DNA of 64,000 nt from Bacteroidia bacterium (lineage in GTDB: Bacteria > Bacteroidota > Bacteroidia > B-17B0 > Aurantibacillaceae), in the NCBI GenBank assembly GCA_026003255.1, contig BPGX01000008.1:5266-69265 (forward strand). Direction: 5' to 3'. Below are positions 48,842 through 57,828 of this stretch, piece after piece (within the stretch, counting starts at the first letter, position 1; the number at the start of each line of letters is the position of its first letter). The translations under genes and the position numbers were made by a program. Under the pieces are notes generated by a model that was not told the origin of the DNA, did not search any database, and saw nothing but the letters and a program-made list of their open reading frames with translations.

Positions 48842-49585
48842 CTAGTTCTTTTGCTCTTCATTATTCACATAATTCACTGACTTAACAAGATTACCTTGTT
48901 CGTCATAAAATTTCCACACTCCATTCTTCACATAATCGTTCATATCTTTTCTATAATTCAAATTCCCTTCTTCTTTCACATTCCCGTTTTCATAATATTC
49001 TTTATATGAATACAACTTTAATTTTTTGTCAATTAATTCCATCACCACTTTTGGTTTGGAATCAGAATAATTAATGATTCTTTTAATAATAAATCCCTCT
49101 TTTTTATCTATTTCCTCGTCTAATTCTATTGATCCATTTTCAAAAAAATCTTTTTGTTTTATCTCCATTCCTTCATAATACATTACTTCCGAACGCATTT
49201 GTCCGTTTGGATAATAAGTCAATAATTTACATCTCAAATTATCCACTGCAATTAACTCTCTCTCTAAATTCCCATTCTCCCAATAATTTTTAAACACTTT
49301 GATTTGTCCATCAATATAAAAACCCCGATGCAATAATTTCCCACTTGCATAATAATCTTCCTGCCAGCTTTGAGCGTTATAACCCACTTTATTGTAACGA
49401 ATAGAATCACCTCCCATACAAGGTACTAACTTATTATAAATAACAATTCCGTATTCTGCATCCACCACTTCATCCTGTGTTGGCTTGTAAAGTTCCTTTG
49501 GTTTAATAACATTCTGTGCAAAAACAAAAATACAAAAAAAACAACTTAAAAAAATACTATGTAATATTCTACTGAATAACATCAT
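48842..49585 (-). CDS. MORN-repeat-variant / YwqK-like secreted protein
   Basis: 247 aa with a signal peptide and repeated Y..NG......Y..G motifs (YYPNGQMRSEVMYYEG, YYENGNVKEEGN). Confidence 0.5.
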   Translation of the reverse strand: MMLFSRILHSIFLSCFFCIFVFAQNVIKPKELYKPTQDEVVDAEYGIVIYNKLVPCMGGDSIRYNKVGYNAQSWQEDYYASGKLLHRGFYIDGQIKVFKNYWENGNLERELIAVDNLRCKLLTYYPNGQMRSEVMYYEGMEIKQKDFFENGSIELDEEIDKKEGFIIKRIINYSDSKPKVVMELIDKKLKLYSYKEYYENGNVKEEGNLNYRKDMNDYVKNGVWKFYDEQGNLVKSVNYVNNEEQKN

Positions 49586-49640
49586 TTTTTCGCAATAAAT
49601 ATAAAGATTAAAAAGAATTCAGACAAATTCAACACTATTT

Positions 49641-50411
49641 TCATTGCGCATTCCATCCACCATCCACCGGAATAGCCGTCCCTGTAATAGTAGTAGCACT
49701 TTCTGAAGCAAGAAATAATGCCAATTGTCCTAATGTCTCCACCGGAATAAACTCTTTTACTGCTTGCTTGTATAACATTACTTTACTAATCACTTCTTCT
49801 CTGGAAATCCCATGTGCTTTCGCCTGATCATCAATTTGCTTTTCCACCAATGGCGTTTTTACATAACCCGGACAAATGGCATTCGCCGTAATGTTGAATG
49901 GCGCCCCCTCTAAAGCAATTGTCTTCGTAAAACCCACAATACCGTGTTTACTCGCCACATAAGCCGATTTAAATTCCGATGCAACCAATCCATGCGCAGA
50001 TGCAATGTTAATGATTCTTCCAAAACGTTGTTCTTTCATCTTTTTCCAAACCGCCTTTGTCAAATAAAACGCAGAAGATAAATTAATTGAAATTATTGCA
50101 TTCCACTTCTCATCTGGAAAATCCTCTACCGGCGAAACATATTGAATACCCGCATTATTAATTAACACATCCACTTTACCATAAGTATTAATTGCTGTAT
50201 TAGCTAAATCATAAATCTGTTCCGGATACATCAAATTAGCACCATGAAAAATAGTTGAGATGCCAAATTCTTTCCCAATGCTTTCTGCAATTTCTTTTCC
50301 ATTGGTCTCCAATCCATTGAACACAATATTATACTGTTTAGTTTTCGCAAATTCTCTCGCTATACCCAAACCTATACCACTCGTACTACCTGTTATTAAA
50401 ACTGTTTTCAT
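49641..50411 (-). CDS. 3-hydroxybutyrate dehydrogenase-like classical SDR
   Basis: 256 aa. It has TGSTSGIGLGIA, NNAG and the YVASKHG (YxxxK) motif. The specific substrate is an inference. Confidence 0.7.
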   Translation of the reverse strand: MKTVLITGSTSGIGLGIAREFAKTKQYNIVFNGLETNGKEIAESIGKEFGISTIFHGANLMYPEQIYDLANTAINTYGKVDVLINNAGIQYVSPVEDFPDEKWNAIISINLSSAFYLTKAVWKKMKEQRFGRIINIASAHGLVASEFKSAYVASKHGIVGFTKTIALEGAPFNITANAICPGYVKTPLVEKQIDDQAKAHGISREEVISKVMLYKQAVKEFIPVETLGQLALFLASESATTITGTAIPVDGGWNAQ

Positions 50412-50422
50412 ACTTTTTGAAG

Positions 50423-50430
50423 CAAAAGTA
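50423..50430 (-). promoter_or_regulatory. Bacteroidetes -7 box (TACTTTTG on the minus strand)
   Basis: Matches TAnnTTTG, 11 bp upstream of the SDR start. Confidence 0.35.
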
Positions 50431-50480
50431 ATAAAAAATCCATTTTCTCTTCTTACTTATATGATTTAAATCATTTTTTC

Positions 50481-50488
50481 TACTTTTG
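50481..50488 (+). promoter_or_regulatory. Bacteroidetes -7 box TACTTTTG
   Basis: Matches TAnnTTTG, 15 bp upstream of the ATG at 50504. Confidence 0.4.
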
Positions 50489-50503
50489 CAAAAAACTTAA
50501 CTT

Positions 50504-51346
50504 ATGAAAACGTCAAAAAATTTTGTTTTCAATTCTCTGATTTTAGGTACTTTTATTTTGTCCTCCGCATTTATTATCAAATGGTCATCCGGAATACCCG
50601 GCAGAACTGGTAGCCCCGGAGAAACAACCTGCACCGCCTGTCATGGTGGTGGAACAGGAACAACAAATGTAAGTATTAGCGCAACACCAAATTTTTCTGC
50701 TAATGAATACATCCCCGGAAATACTTACACTATTAATGTTACTGTTACCAACAACTCTTACACTAAATTCGGATTCGGCTGCGAAATTTTAGACCCAACA
50801 AGCAACTCAAACGCCGGCACAATGAACACGCCTCTTACCGGTGTCCAATTCCTCACCGCCAGCAATGGTCGAAACAATGCTGTTCACACTACCCCTAAAA
50901 CTGGAAGCGGTACCACTACTTTCTCTTTTATATGGACTGCACCCACTACTACAAATAATATTGTCATATACGCCGCCGGAAATGCCGTAAATGGTAATGG
51001 GACTACCACCGGTGATGCTGTTGGTTCTGCTTCTTTAGTACTTACCGCGAACACTACTTCTATCAAAGAAAACACGGCTAATAATTCAATGCTTATCTTC
51101 CCCAATCCCGCTTCTGATTTTATCTCTATTCATGTTGATTACTTTAATACACCTACCGATGTAACACTTGAATTATACGACTTAAAAGGTATTCAACACT
51201 ATACTCTTATCAATACAAAATTAAATTATGGTCAAAACGAAATTAAGACATTTTTACCAACAGAAGTGTCCAATGGTCTTTACTTACTGAAAATTAGAAG
51301 CAATGAAAAAACTATTGCTTCACAACTTTTTCTTGTAAAAAAATAA
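50504..51346 (+). CDS. secreted T9SS-sorted protein with an N-terminal CxxCH motif
   Basis: 280 aa with a signal peptide and PGRTGSPGETTCTACHGGG. The C-terminal type-A T9SS sorting domain reads FPNPASDFISIHV...LELYDLKG...GLYLLKIRS. Confidence 0.7.
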   Translation: MKTSKNFVFNSLILGTFILSSAFIIKWSSGIPGRTGSPGETTCTACHGGGTGTTNVSISATPNFSANEYIPGNTYTINVTVTNNSYTKFGFGCEILDPTSNSNAGTMNTPLTGVQFLTASNGRNNAVHTTPKTGSGTTTFSFIWTAPTTTNNIVIYAAGNAVNGNGTTTGDAVGSASLVLTANTTSIKENTANNSMLIFPNPASDFISIHVDYFNTPTDVTLELYDLKGIQHYTLINTKLNYGQNEIKTFLPTEVSNGLYLLKIRSNEKTIASQLFLVKK

Positions 51347-51348
51347 AT

Positions 51349-51726
51349 ATGAGACATTTTTCACACACAAGCATATTTATTTTACTTATTATAGTTTCTT
51401 CTTCTTGCAGAAAGGATAAATATACATCTCCCAATAATAATTCTTCTACAACCGTATCTTGTGATACCACAAATGTTACCTATTCCAACACCCTCAAACC
51501 CATTTTTGACAACTATTGCGTGGGCTGTCATAACATGAGTAACATGAGTGGCGGTTATGCGCTCGATACATATATGGGCTGTGTCAACTGTGCTAATAGC
51601 GGTCGGCTTATGGGCGCTATTCAATGGCTACCCGGCTACTCTGCTATGCCGCAAGGCGGAAATAAATTATCCAATTGCGACATCGCTAAAATCCAAAAAT
51701 GGATTAACAACGGAAAACCTAATTGA
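51349..51726 (+). CDS. small lipoprotein with a CxxCH motif (PSCyt1-like putative c-type heme domain)
   Basis: 125 aa with the lipobox-like signal VSSSC. IKPIFDNYCVGCHN...GGYALDTY resembles the Planctomycete-cytochrome-C-type domain. Confidence 0.5.
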   Translation: MRHFSHTSIFILLIIVSSSCRKDKYTSPNNNSSTTVSCDTTNVTYSNTLKPIFDNYCVGCHNMSNMSGGYALDTYMGCVNCANSGRLMGAIQWLPGYSAMPQGGNKLSNCDIAKIQKWINNGKPN

Positions 51727-51770
51727 TAATAATTACATAACATCAACATATTTTAAGTATCTTCTTAAAA

Positions 51771-51908
51771 CTTATAACTCATAACTATTCATTAAACACA
51801 TAGGCACATAGAAATTACAACATAGAACACATAAAATAAAATCTATGTTTTCTATGTCTCCTATGTATCTATGCAGTAAAAAATAACTCAAAACTCATAA
51901 CTCAAAAC
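51771..51908. repeat. composite intergenic repeat: CTCATAACT-type motifs flanking an inverted array of CATAG (left arm) and CTATG (right arm) units
   Basis: CATAG occurs at 51799, 51807 and 51821, with CATAA at 51830. CTATG occurs at 51843, 51852, 51861 and 51869. The flanks are CTTATAACTCATAACT (51771..) and ATAACTCAAAACTCATAACTC (51884..). Confidence 0.7.
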
Positions 51909-51909
51909 C

Positions 51910-52461
51910 ATGTTTAGAACCTCAATACTACTTATCCTCTCATTTTTCATACAATTCTTTCATGCCCAAATTTACATTGGCAAAGACAAATCTACACTCA
52001 TCACTTTTTACTCCGATGCTCCATTAGAAAAAATTGAAGCCAAAAACACCTCATCAACACCAGTATTCAATACTCCTACCGGCGACTTTCAAATACGCGT
52101 TAACATGCTGGCCTTTCAATTTAAAAACGATTTAATGAAAGAACATTTTAATGAAAACTATGTGGAAAGTGAAAAATATCCTTATGCAACTTTTAAAGGA
52201 AAATGTAACATCACCAATTTTGAAGAAGGAAAAGAATATGATGTGGTTATGAAAGGCACAATGGACCTACACGGCGTTAGTAAAGAAATTGAAGTACATG
52301 GGAAAATAAAGAAACAAAACAATGAACTCATTCTATTTGCAGAATTTTTTCTAAAACCAGCCGATTTCAAAATTAAAATTCCTACTATGCTTACTGAAAA
52401 AATCGCAGAAGAAGTAAAAGTAACGTTCACAAGTACTTTAATTCCATACTTAAAAAAATAA
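51910..52461 (+). CDS. YceI-family (polyisoprenoid-binding, lipocalin-like) periplasmic protein
   Basis: 183 aa with a signal peptide. The motifs F..D..KEHFNENYVESEKYPYATFKG and MDLHGVSKEI are typical of YceI. Confidence 0.7.
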   Translation: MFRTSILLILSFFIQFFHAQIYIGKDKSTLITFYSDAPLEKIEAKNTSSTPVFNTPTGDFQIRVNMLAFQFKNDLMKEHFNENYVESEKYPYATFKGKCNITNFEEGKEYDVVMKGTMDLHGVSKEIEVHGKIKKQNNELILFAEFFLKPADFKIKIPTMLTEKIAEEVKVTFTSTLIPYLKK

Positions 52462-52467
52462 TATATT

Positions 52468-53406
52468 ATGAAAAAAACGCTGTTACTCAATCTTTGTTTT
52501 ATTCAAATACTACTGGCACAAGATGATTTACTAAACCTTGTAAACACCAATAACGAGAAACAATATGTCTTTGCTACATGGAAAACTTACCGATTAGGCA
52601 ATGCTCAAACCACTGAAACCATCAAAAAAAATCATCTTGAATATAGAATTCTCCACCGTTTTGGAAACATTGCCGATGCTAATAAAACACTTAATCAAAT
52701 TGCGCATACCACCTTTGGACTCGATAATCCTACCGATATTCGTATGTCGCTTGAATACGGAGTTACCAATGATATTAGTTTAGGAATAGGAAGGAGTCGT
52801 ATCAATGAACTAATAGACATTTCCGGTAAATGGCGTTTGTTAAAACAAACAACTGACTTCAAAACGCCGGTTAGTATAGCTCTCTTTGAAAGTATCGGCT
52901 ACACGACAATGTCCACCGACCGTTTATACAGCAATGTGGCTGTAAAAAATTTTCCTACTCGTGAAGCACATCGCTTTAATTATGTAACTCAACTCATTAT
53001 TGCCAGTAAAATTAATTCCTGGTTTTCTTTTGAACTACTTCCTACATGGTTACATAGAAATTTTATTGTACAAACACTTAATTCAAATACCAGCGTTGAA
53101 GACGGAAATGATTATTTGATTATAGGCGCAGCCGCAAGATTCAAACTCACCAATCGTGTGACATTTTTCGCAGATTATTTCTACAACTTTCATCCTTATT
53201 TCAAAAATAATCCTAACACATCTATGCCTTTATCTGTTGGATTTGAAATAGAAACAGGCGGACATGTATTCACTCTGTTTTTTGCCAATAATTCCGCCAT
53301 TATTGAAAACAATTACCTCGTTAATACCATTGATTCCTGGGCTAAATCACAAATCAAACTTAGCTTTTGTATTTCCAGAACATTTAGTTTGAAAAGAAGC
53401 GAATAA
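52468..53406 (+). CDS. DUF5777-like outer-membrane beta-barrel protein
   Basis: 312 aa with a signal peptide ending in AQDDLLNLV. LEYRILHRFGNI...FGLDNPTDIRMSLEYGVTNDISLGIGRS resembles DUF5777. Confidence 0.55.
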   Translation: MKKTLLLNLCFIQILLAQDDLLNLVNTNNEKQYVFATWKTYRLGNAQTTETIKKNHLEYRILHRFGNIADANKTLNQIAHTTFGLDNPTDIRMSLEYGVTNDISLGIGRSRINELIDISGKWRLLKQTTDFKTPVSIALFESIGYTTMSTDRLYSNVAVKNFPTREAHRFNYVTQLIIASKINSWFSFELLPTWLHRNFIVQTLNSNTSVEDGNDYLIIGAAARFKLTNRVTFFADYFYNFHPYFKNNPNTSMPLSVGFEIETGGHVFTLFFANNSAIIENNYLVNTIDSWAKSQIKLSFCISRTFSLKRSE

Positions 53407-53424
53407 AATTTTTACCACTCAAAA

Positions 53425-54534
53425 TTACATCCACGAATACAGTTTCGTATTCATAAACCATCTGTAAAATTTAGGCGGCTTTACATTAATCCTAAAACCC
53501 ATGACAAAGTTCACCGGTACAGTGTAGGTTATGAACTTTAACTTATCGTAATTTAATATCACTCTATCTGCTGACGCATAAACAATCATAAAAAATTTAT
53601 CGGTAGTCCATCCGCTAGCCAATCTAACATCAAAGCCAGAACCCATTTTACTTTCCTGTACTGAAATACTATCCTTAAAGTACAAAACTCTGTTTTGATA
53701 TCCTAGCATCAATCCAGCGGTAAATCCAATAAAAAAACGTTTTTTCTTACCAAATGCAAATGTATGCCCATATCCACCACCTACATTCAACCCATACACG
53801 CTAAATTGATTAATTTTTTCCACACTATCATAAGCCAACTCAACAGATTTAGGATAAATAACACTATCGGACTTCATTTTAGTATAATAAATATTAGCAA
53901 TTGCCAGCCAGCTGCCGGTAGATTTTATTTGTCGGTAGGTAAATCCGGATAAAGATCTGTATGCAAACTTTTTGTTATTAAAAAAATAAATACCATTTAC
54001 TTTGATGGACTGAATGTCCATTGACGGATCAGCATGGTAGCGACGCGTATTCTTAAAATACAATGTATCATTTTTGGGAGTATTAGCATCATAAAAACCT
54101 TTAAATCTAACATAGTAGGGCTCTATAATAAATTTATTACCTCCAAAAGAAAAGTTGTATGCATCGTAACTTGTTTTTGGCTTTGAAAGAGTACTATCAT
54201 AACTGTATTTCTTTGAAATGCCCACACCAAAAGATATTTTATCATAAGAAAAACCCACTGAAACATTGGTAGGCATGTTGGTGGTATAATTAATATTTAT
54301 GGGGTATTTATAAGGATGTTTATAAGCGGAAGAAACATCAAAATTATAACTCAATTGACTGGAACCAAGGTAGATGTTCAATTTATGAGAATAGGAAGTA
54401 TAGTAAGTGGTATCCCAGTTTTTAGGACGATTGATATTGATGCCTACACTTACATTTTTATTTTCTTGTGCTAAATAAAGATTTGAAACTAAAATAAATA
54501 GAAAAAAAGAATATAACAAATTACATACTCTCAT
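53425..54534 (-). CDS. hypothetical outer-membrane beta-barrel protein (possibly DUF4421-like)
   Basis: Beta-strand-rich and Tyr/Phe-rich. I chose the start MRVCNLLYSFFLFIL (ATG at 54534) because the ORF-track start at 54585 overlaps the tRNA gene. Confidence 0.45.
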   Translation of the reverse strand: MRVCNLLYSFFLFILVSNLYLAQENKNVSVGININRPKNWDTTYYTSYSHKLNIYLGSSQLSYNFDVSSAYKHPYKYPININYTTNMPTNVSVGFSYDKISFGVGISKKYSYDSTLSKPKTSYDAYNFSFGGNKFIIEPYYVRFKGFYDANTPKNDTLYFKNTRRYHADPSMDIQSIKVNGIYFFNNKKFAYRSLSGFTYRQIKSTGSWLAIANIYYTKMKSDSVIYPKSVELAYDSVEKINQFSVYGLNVGGGYGHTFAFGKKKRFFIGFTAGLMLGYQNRVLYFKDSISVQESKMGSGFDVRLASGWTTDKFFMIVYASADRVILNYDKLKFITYTVPVNFVMGFRINVKPPKFYRWFMNTKLYSWM

Positions 54535-54576
54535 TAACAACGAGTATAAATGAATTGTAAAAACATTCATTATTAG

Positions 54577-54650
54577 TGGTCCCACTAGGGCTCGAACCTA
54601 GGACCCTCAGATTATGAGTCTGATGCTCTAACCGACTGAGCTATGGGACC
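54577..54650 (-). tRNA. tRNA with anticodon CAT (elongator Met or lysidine-modified Ile2); no encoded CCA
   Basis: The minus strand reads GGTCCCATAGCTCAGTCGGTTAGAGCATCAGACTCATAATCTGAGGGTCCTAGGTTCGAGCCCTAGTGGGACCA. It folds as a full cloverleaf with stems of 7/4/5/5 bp, anticodon loop CTCATAA and T-loop TTCGAGC. It is not an initiator, because the anticodon stem lacks the three G-C pairs. Confidence 0.9.
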
Positions 54651-54702
54651 AAAATTTTGGGCTGCAAATCTGCAAAATGAAATACGAATTTACAAGTGAA
54701 AA

Positions 54703-55452
54703 TTAATTTTCGGATGTCAATGCTGCACAGACATACTCACGATTCATCCGTGCAATATTTTCTAATGATATACCTTTGGGACATTCAGCTTCACATGCGC
54801 CTGTATTCGTACAATTTCCAAATCCTTCTGCATCCATTTGTTTTACCATATTCAAAACTCTCTGCTTTCTTTCAATCTGACCTTGTGGTAATAAAGCAAA
54901 TTGTGAAACTTTTGCAGAAACAAAAAGCATTGCAGAAGCATTTTTACATGCAGCCACACAAGCACCACAGCCAATACAAGCAGCGGCCATAAATGCCTTA
55001 TCCGCATTTTCTTTTGGCACTAAAATAGTATTGGCATCCTGAGCACTTCCCGTATTCACAGAAATATACCCCCCAGCTTGAATAATTCTATCAAAAGCGC
55101 TTCTATCCACCACTAAATCTTTAATTACTGGAAAAGCAGATGCTCGCCATGGCTCAACTACTATGGTGTCCCCATCTTTGAACGAACGCATGTGCAATTG
55201 ACACGTCGTTACGCCCCTCAATGGACCGTGCGGGCGACCATTAATATACATGCTGCACATGCCACATATACCTTCTCTACAATCATGGTCAAATGCCACC
55301 GGTTCTTTGCCTTCGCTAATTAACTTTTCATTTAATACATCAAACATCTCTAAAAACGACATATCCGGAGAAACATTATCCAGTTGATACGTCTCAAATT
55401 TACCTACATCATTTCTATTTTTTTGCCTCCAAACTTTTAATGTAATTTTCAT
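54703..55452 (-). CDS. sdhB: succinate dehydrogenase/fumarate reductase iron-sulfur subunit
   Basis: 249 aa. It has the 2Fe-2S motif CREGICGMC and the 4Fe-4S/3Fe-4S motifs [11 protein letters not shown] and [12 protein letters not shown]. Confidence 0.9.
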   Translation of the reverse strand: MKITLKVWRQKNRNDVGKFETYQLDNVSPDMSFLEMFDVLNEKLISEGKEPVAFDHDCREGICGMCSMYINGRPHGPLRGVTTCQLHMRSFKDGDTIVVEPWRASAFPVIKDLVVDRSAFDRIIQAGGYISVNTGSAQDANTILVPKENADKAFMAAACIGCGACVAACKNASAMLFVSAKVSQFALLPQGQIERKQRVLNMVKQMDAEGFGNCTNTGACEAECPKGISLENIARMNREYVCAALTSEN

Positions 55453-55470
55453 AATAGTAAGTTTTTAAAA

Positions 55471-57483
55471 TTACTTATAACTTCTTTGTGCTACTTTAAT
55501 GTTTTCAAATTTTAATTCCTCTTTATGTAACTCCCATTTTCCTAACTCCCTAAACTCCCACGCTGCTACATAACAGAAATTTTCATCGTCTCTCAATGCC
55601 TCTCCATCTTCTGTTTGATATTCCTCTCTAAAATGTCCTCCACAACTTTCATTACGATGTAAAGCATCGATGCACATTAATTCCCCTAATTCCAGAAAAT
55701 CAGCTACTCTACCCGCTTTTTCTAATTCTGGATTAAACTCTTTATCACTTCCAGGAACTTTCACATCTTTCCAAAACTCTTCTCTTAGTGCTCTGATTTC
55801 TTCAATGGCTTCCTGCAAACCCTTGGCATTTCTGGACATTCCACATTTATTCCACATGATTTTCCCTAACTTCTTATGAAAATGGTCAACCGAGTACTTT
55901 CCTTTCACACTTAATAAAAGGTTAATTTGGTCCTTTACTTCATTTTCTGCCTGCACAAACGCCTCGTGATTGGTCGAAATTGGTTTCGTACGAATTTCTC
56001 CGCTCAAGTAAGCACCAATTGTATAAGGAATAACAAAATAACCATCCGCCAATCCCTGCATTAATGCAGACGCACCCAAGCGGTTAGCCCCATGATCTGA
56101 GAAATTGGCTTCTCCTAAAGCATATAAACCCGGAATAGTCGTCATCAAATTGTAATCAACCCACAATCCACCCATTGTGTAATGTACCGCCGGATAAATC
56201 ATCATCGGATTTTCATAAGGGTCTACACCTGTAATTTGTTTGTACATGTCAAACAAATTCCCATATTTTTCTTCCACTATTGGACGACCTAATTCTTTCA
56301 ATTGCTGTTCAGTGGGATTTTTAATACCACGTTTGTTGGCTTCCATCATGCCGTATTTGTACTTCAAGTTGTACGCAAAGTCCAAAAATACTGCTTCACC
56401 GGTAGCATTTACACCAAACCCAGCATCACATCGCTCTTTTGCAGCACGGCTGGCCACATCTCTTGGCACAAGGTTTCCAAACGCAGGATATCTTCTTTCC
56501 AAATAGTAATCTCTGTCTTCTTCTTTTATATCATTTGGATTTAATTTACCTTCACGAATGGCTTTTGCATCTTCTAGTTTCTTGGGCACCCAGATTCTTC
56601 CATCGTTTCTCAAAGATTCTGACATTAATGTTAATTTCGATTGATGATCGCCTGAAACAGGTATACAGGTTGGATGAATCTGAGTAAAACAAGGATTTCC
56701 GAAGAAAGCGCCTTTTTTATGTGCCTTCCAGATGGCTGTTGCATTACTACCCATGGCATTGGTAGATAAATAAAACACATTCCCATATCCACCAGAAGCC
56801 AAAATCACTGCATGTCCAAAGTGACGTTCTAATTCACCGGTTATTAAATTTCTTGCAATAATACCTCTTGCCTTTCCATCAATAATCACCACATTCAGCA
56901 TCTCGTGACGTGTAAACATTTGTACTTGCCCCAGCGCCACCTGACGCATTAACGCACTATATGCACCTAATAATAATTGTTGCCCTGTCTGACCCGCCGC
57001 ATAAAATGTTCTTTGCACTTGCGTTCCACCGAAAGAACGATTGCTCAAATATCCACCATATTCACGAGCAAAAGGCACACCCTGTGCTACGCATTGATCA
57101 ATAATATTAGCCGACACTTCTGCTAAACGATAAACATTAGCTTCGCGGGCACGATAATCGCCACCTTTAATAGTATCGTAAAACAAGCGATACACACTAT
57201 CTCCATCGTTTTGATAATTCTTAGCCGCATTAATTCCGCCTTGTGCAGCAATACTATGTGCTCTCCGAGCCGAATCCTGAAAACAGAATACTTTAACTTT
57301 GTAACCTAATTCTGCAAGAGTAGCAGCCGCTGATGAACCAGCTAAACCACTTCCTACTACAATGATTTCTAAATTTCTCTTATTAGCAGGATTTACAAGA
57401 GGCACTGTAGATCTATATCTAGTCCATTTTTCGTGTAAGGGACCTTCTGGTATTTTAGCATCCAATTTTGGTGATGTTGCCAT
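55471..57483 (-). CDS. sdhA: succinate dehydrogenase/fumarate reductase flavoprotein subunit (Bacteroidetes long form)
   Basis: 670 aa. It has the FAD-binding [10 protein letters not shown], the HSIAAQGG histidyl-FAD region and HYTMGG. Confidence 0.9.
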   Translation of the reverse strand: MATSPKLDAKIPEGPLHEKWTRYRSTVPLVNPANKRNLEIIVVGSGLAGSSAAATLAELGYKVKVFCFQDSARRAHSIAAQGGINAAKNYQNDGDSVYRLFYDTIKGGDYRAREANVYRLAEVSANIIDQCVAQGVPFAREYGGYLSNRSFGGTQVQRTFYAAGQTGQQLLLGAYSALMRQVALGQVQMFTRHEMLNVVIIDGKARGIIARNLITGELERHFGHAVILASGGYGNVFYLSTNAMGSNATAIWKAHKKGAFFGNPCFTQIHPTCIPVSGDHQSKLTLMSESLRNDGRIWVPKKLEDAKAIREGKLNPNDIKEEDRDYYLERRYPAFGNLVPRDVASRAAKERCDAGFGVNATGEAVFLDFAYNLKYKYGMMEANKRGIKNPTEQQLKELGRPIVEEKYGNLFDMYKQITGVDPYENPMMIYPAVHYTMGGLWVDYNLMTTIPGLYALGEANFSDHGANRLGASALMQGLADGYFVIPYTIGAYLSGEIRTKPISTNHEAFVQAENEVKDQINLLLSVKGKYSVDHFHKKLGKIMWNKCGMSRNAKGLQEAIEEIRALREEFWKDVKVPGSDKEFNPELEKAGRVADFLELGELMCIDALHRNESCGGHFREEYQTEDGEALRDDENFCYVAAWEFRELGKWELHKEELKFENIKVAQRSYK

Positions 57484-57537
57484 GGTTGTATTGTTTTGAG
57501 TTGTATGTATATTAATTATTTATTTTCTTACATTTAG

Positions 57538-57823
57538 TCATAAATGTACAGCATGTTTCAAAATATAAACTTTGAATGCATCTTTTTGATTTTCTTCAAA
57601 ATTCACAATATCTAATTTTTGCTCTAAATTTTTTGTAAAATTCAATTTTCAATTTTAATATATCACTTATATCCCATTTCTTTTTAGAGAGGATTAAAAT
57701 GTCAATATCCCCGCTTTTCCTGGTATCATCTACTCTTGAGCCAAATAAATTAACTTTTGCATTGAAATCTCTTTTAGCGACTTCTGTCTTAAAAAAATCT
57801 TGCATCTCTTTAGAAATACGCAT
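57538..57823 (-). pseudogene. minimal nucleotidyltransferase (MNT/MntA-like, antitoxin-type NTase), frameshifted at a homopolymer
   Basis: The 75-aa ORF 57596..57823 has the NTase motif LFGSRVDD...GDIDILIL. Adding one base to the T6 run at 57629..57634 extends it to ~95 aa with the typical ending ...EFYKKNLEQKLDIVNFEENQKDAFKVYILKHAVHL. Confidence 0.65.
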
Positions 57824-57828
57824 AAAAG

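Noticed and set aside
48842-49585. YwqK-like protein as a toxin-antitoxin component
   Set aside because: The protein has a signal peptide and MORN-variant repeats. No adjacent toxin gene is present: its neighbours are queE and an SDR.
57484-57537. HEPN toxin partner for the MNT-like nucleotidyltransferase
   Set aside because: Only 54 bp lie between the repaired MNT stop and the sdhA start, and no ORF of suitable size exists on either strand. The MNT is an orphan.
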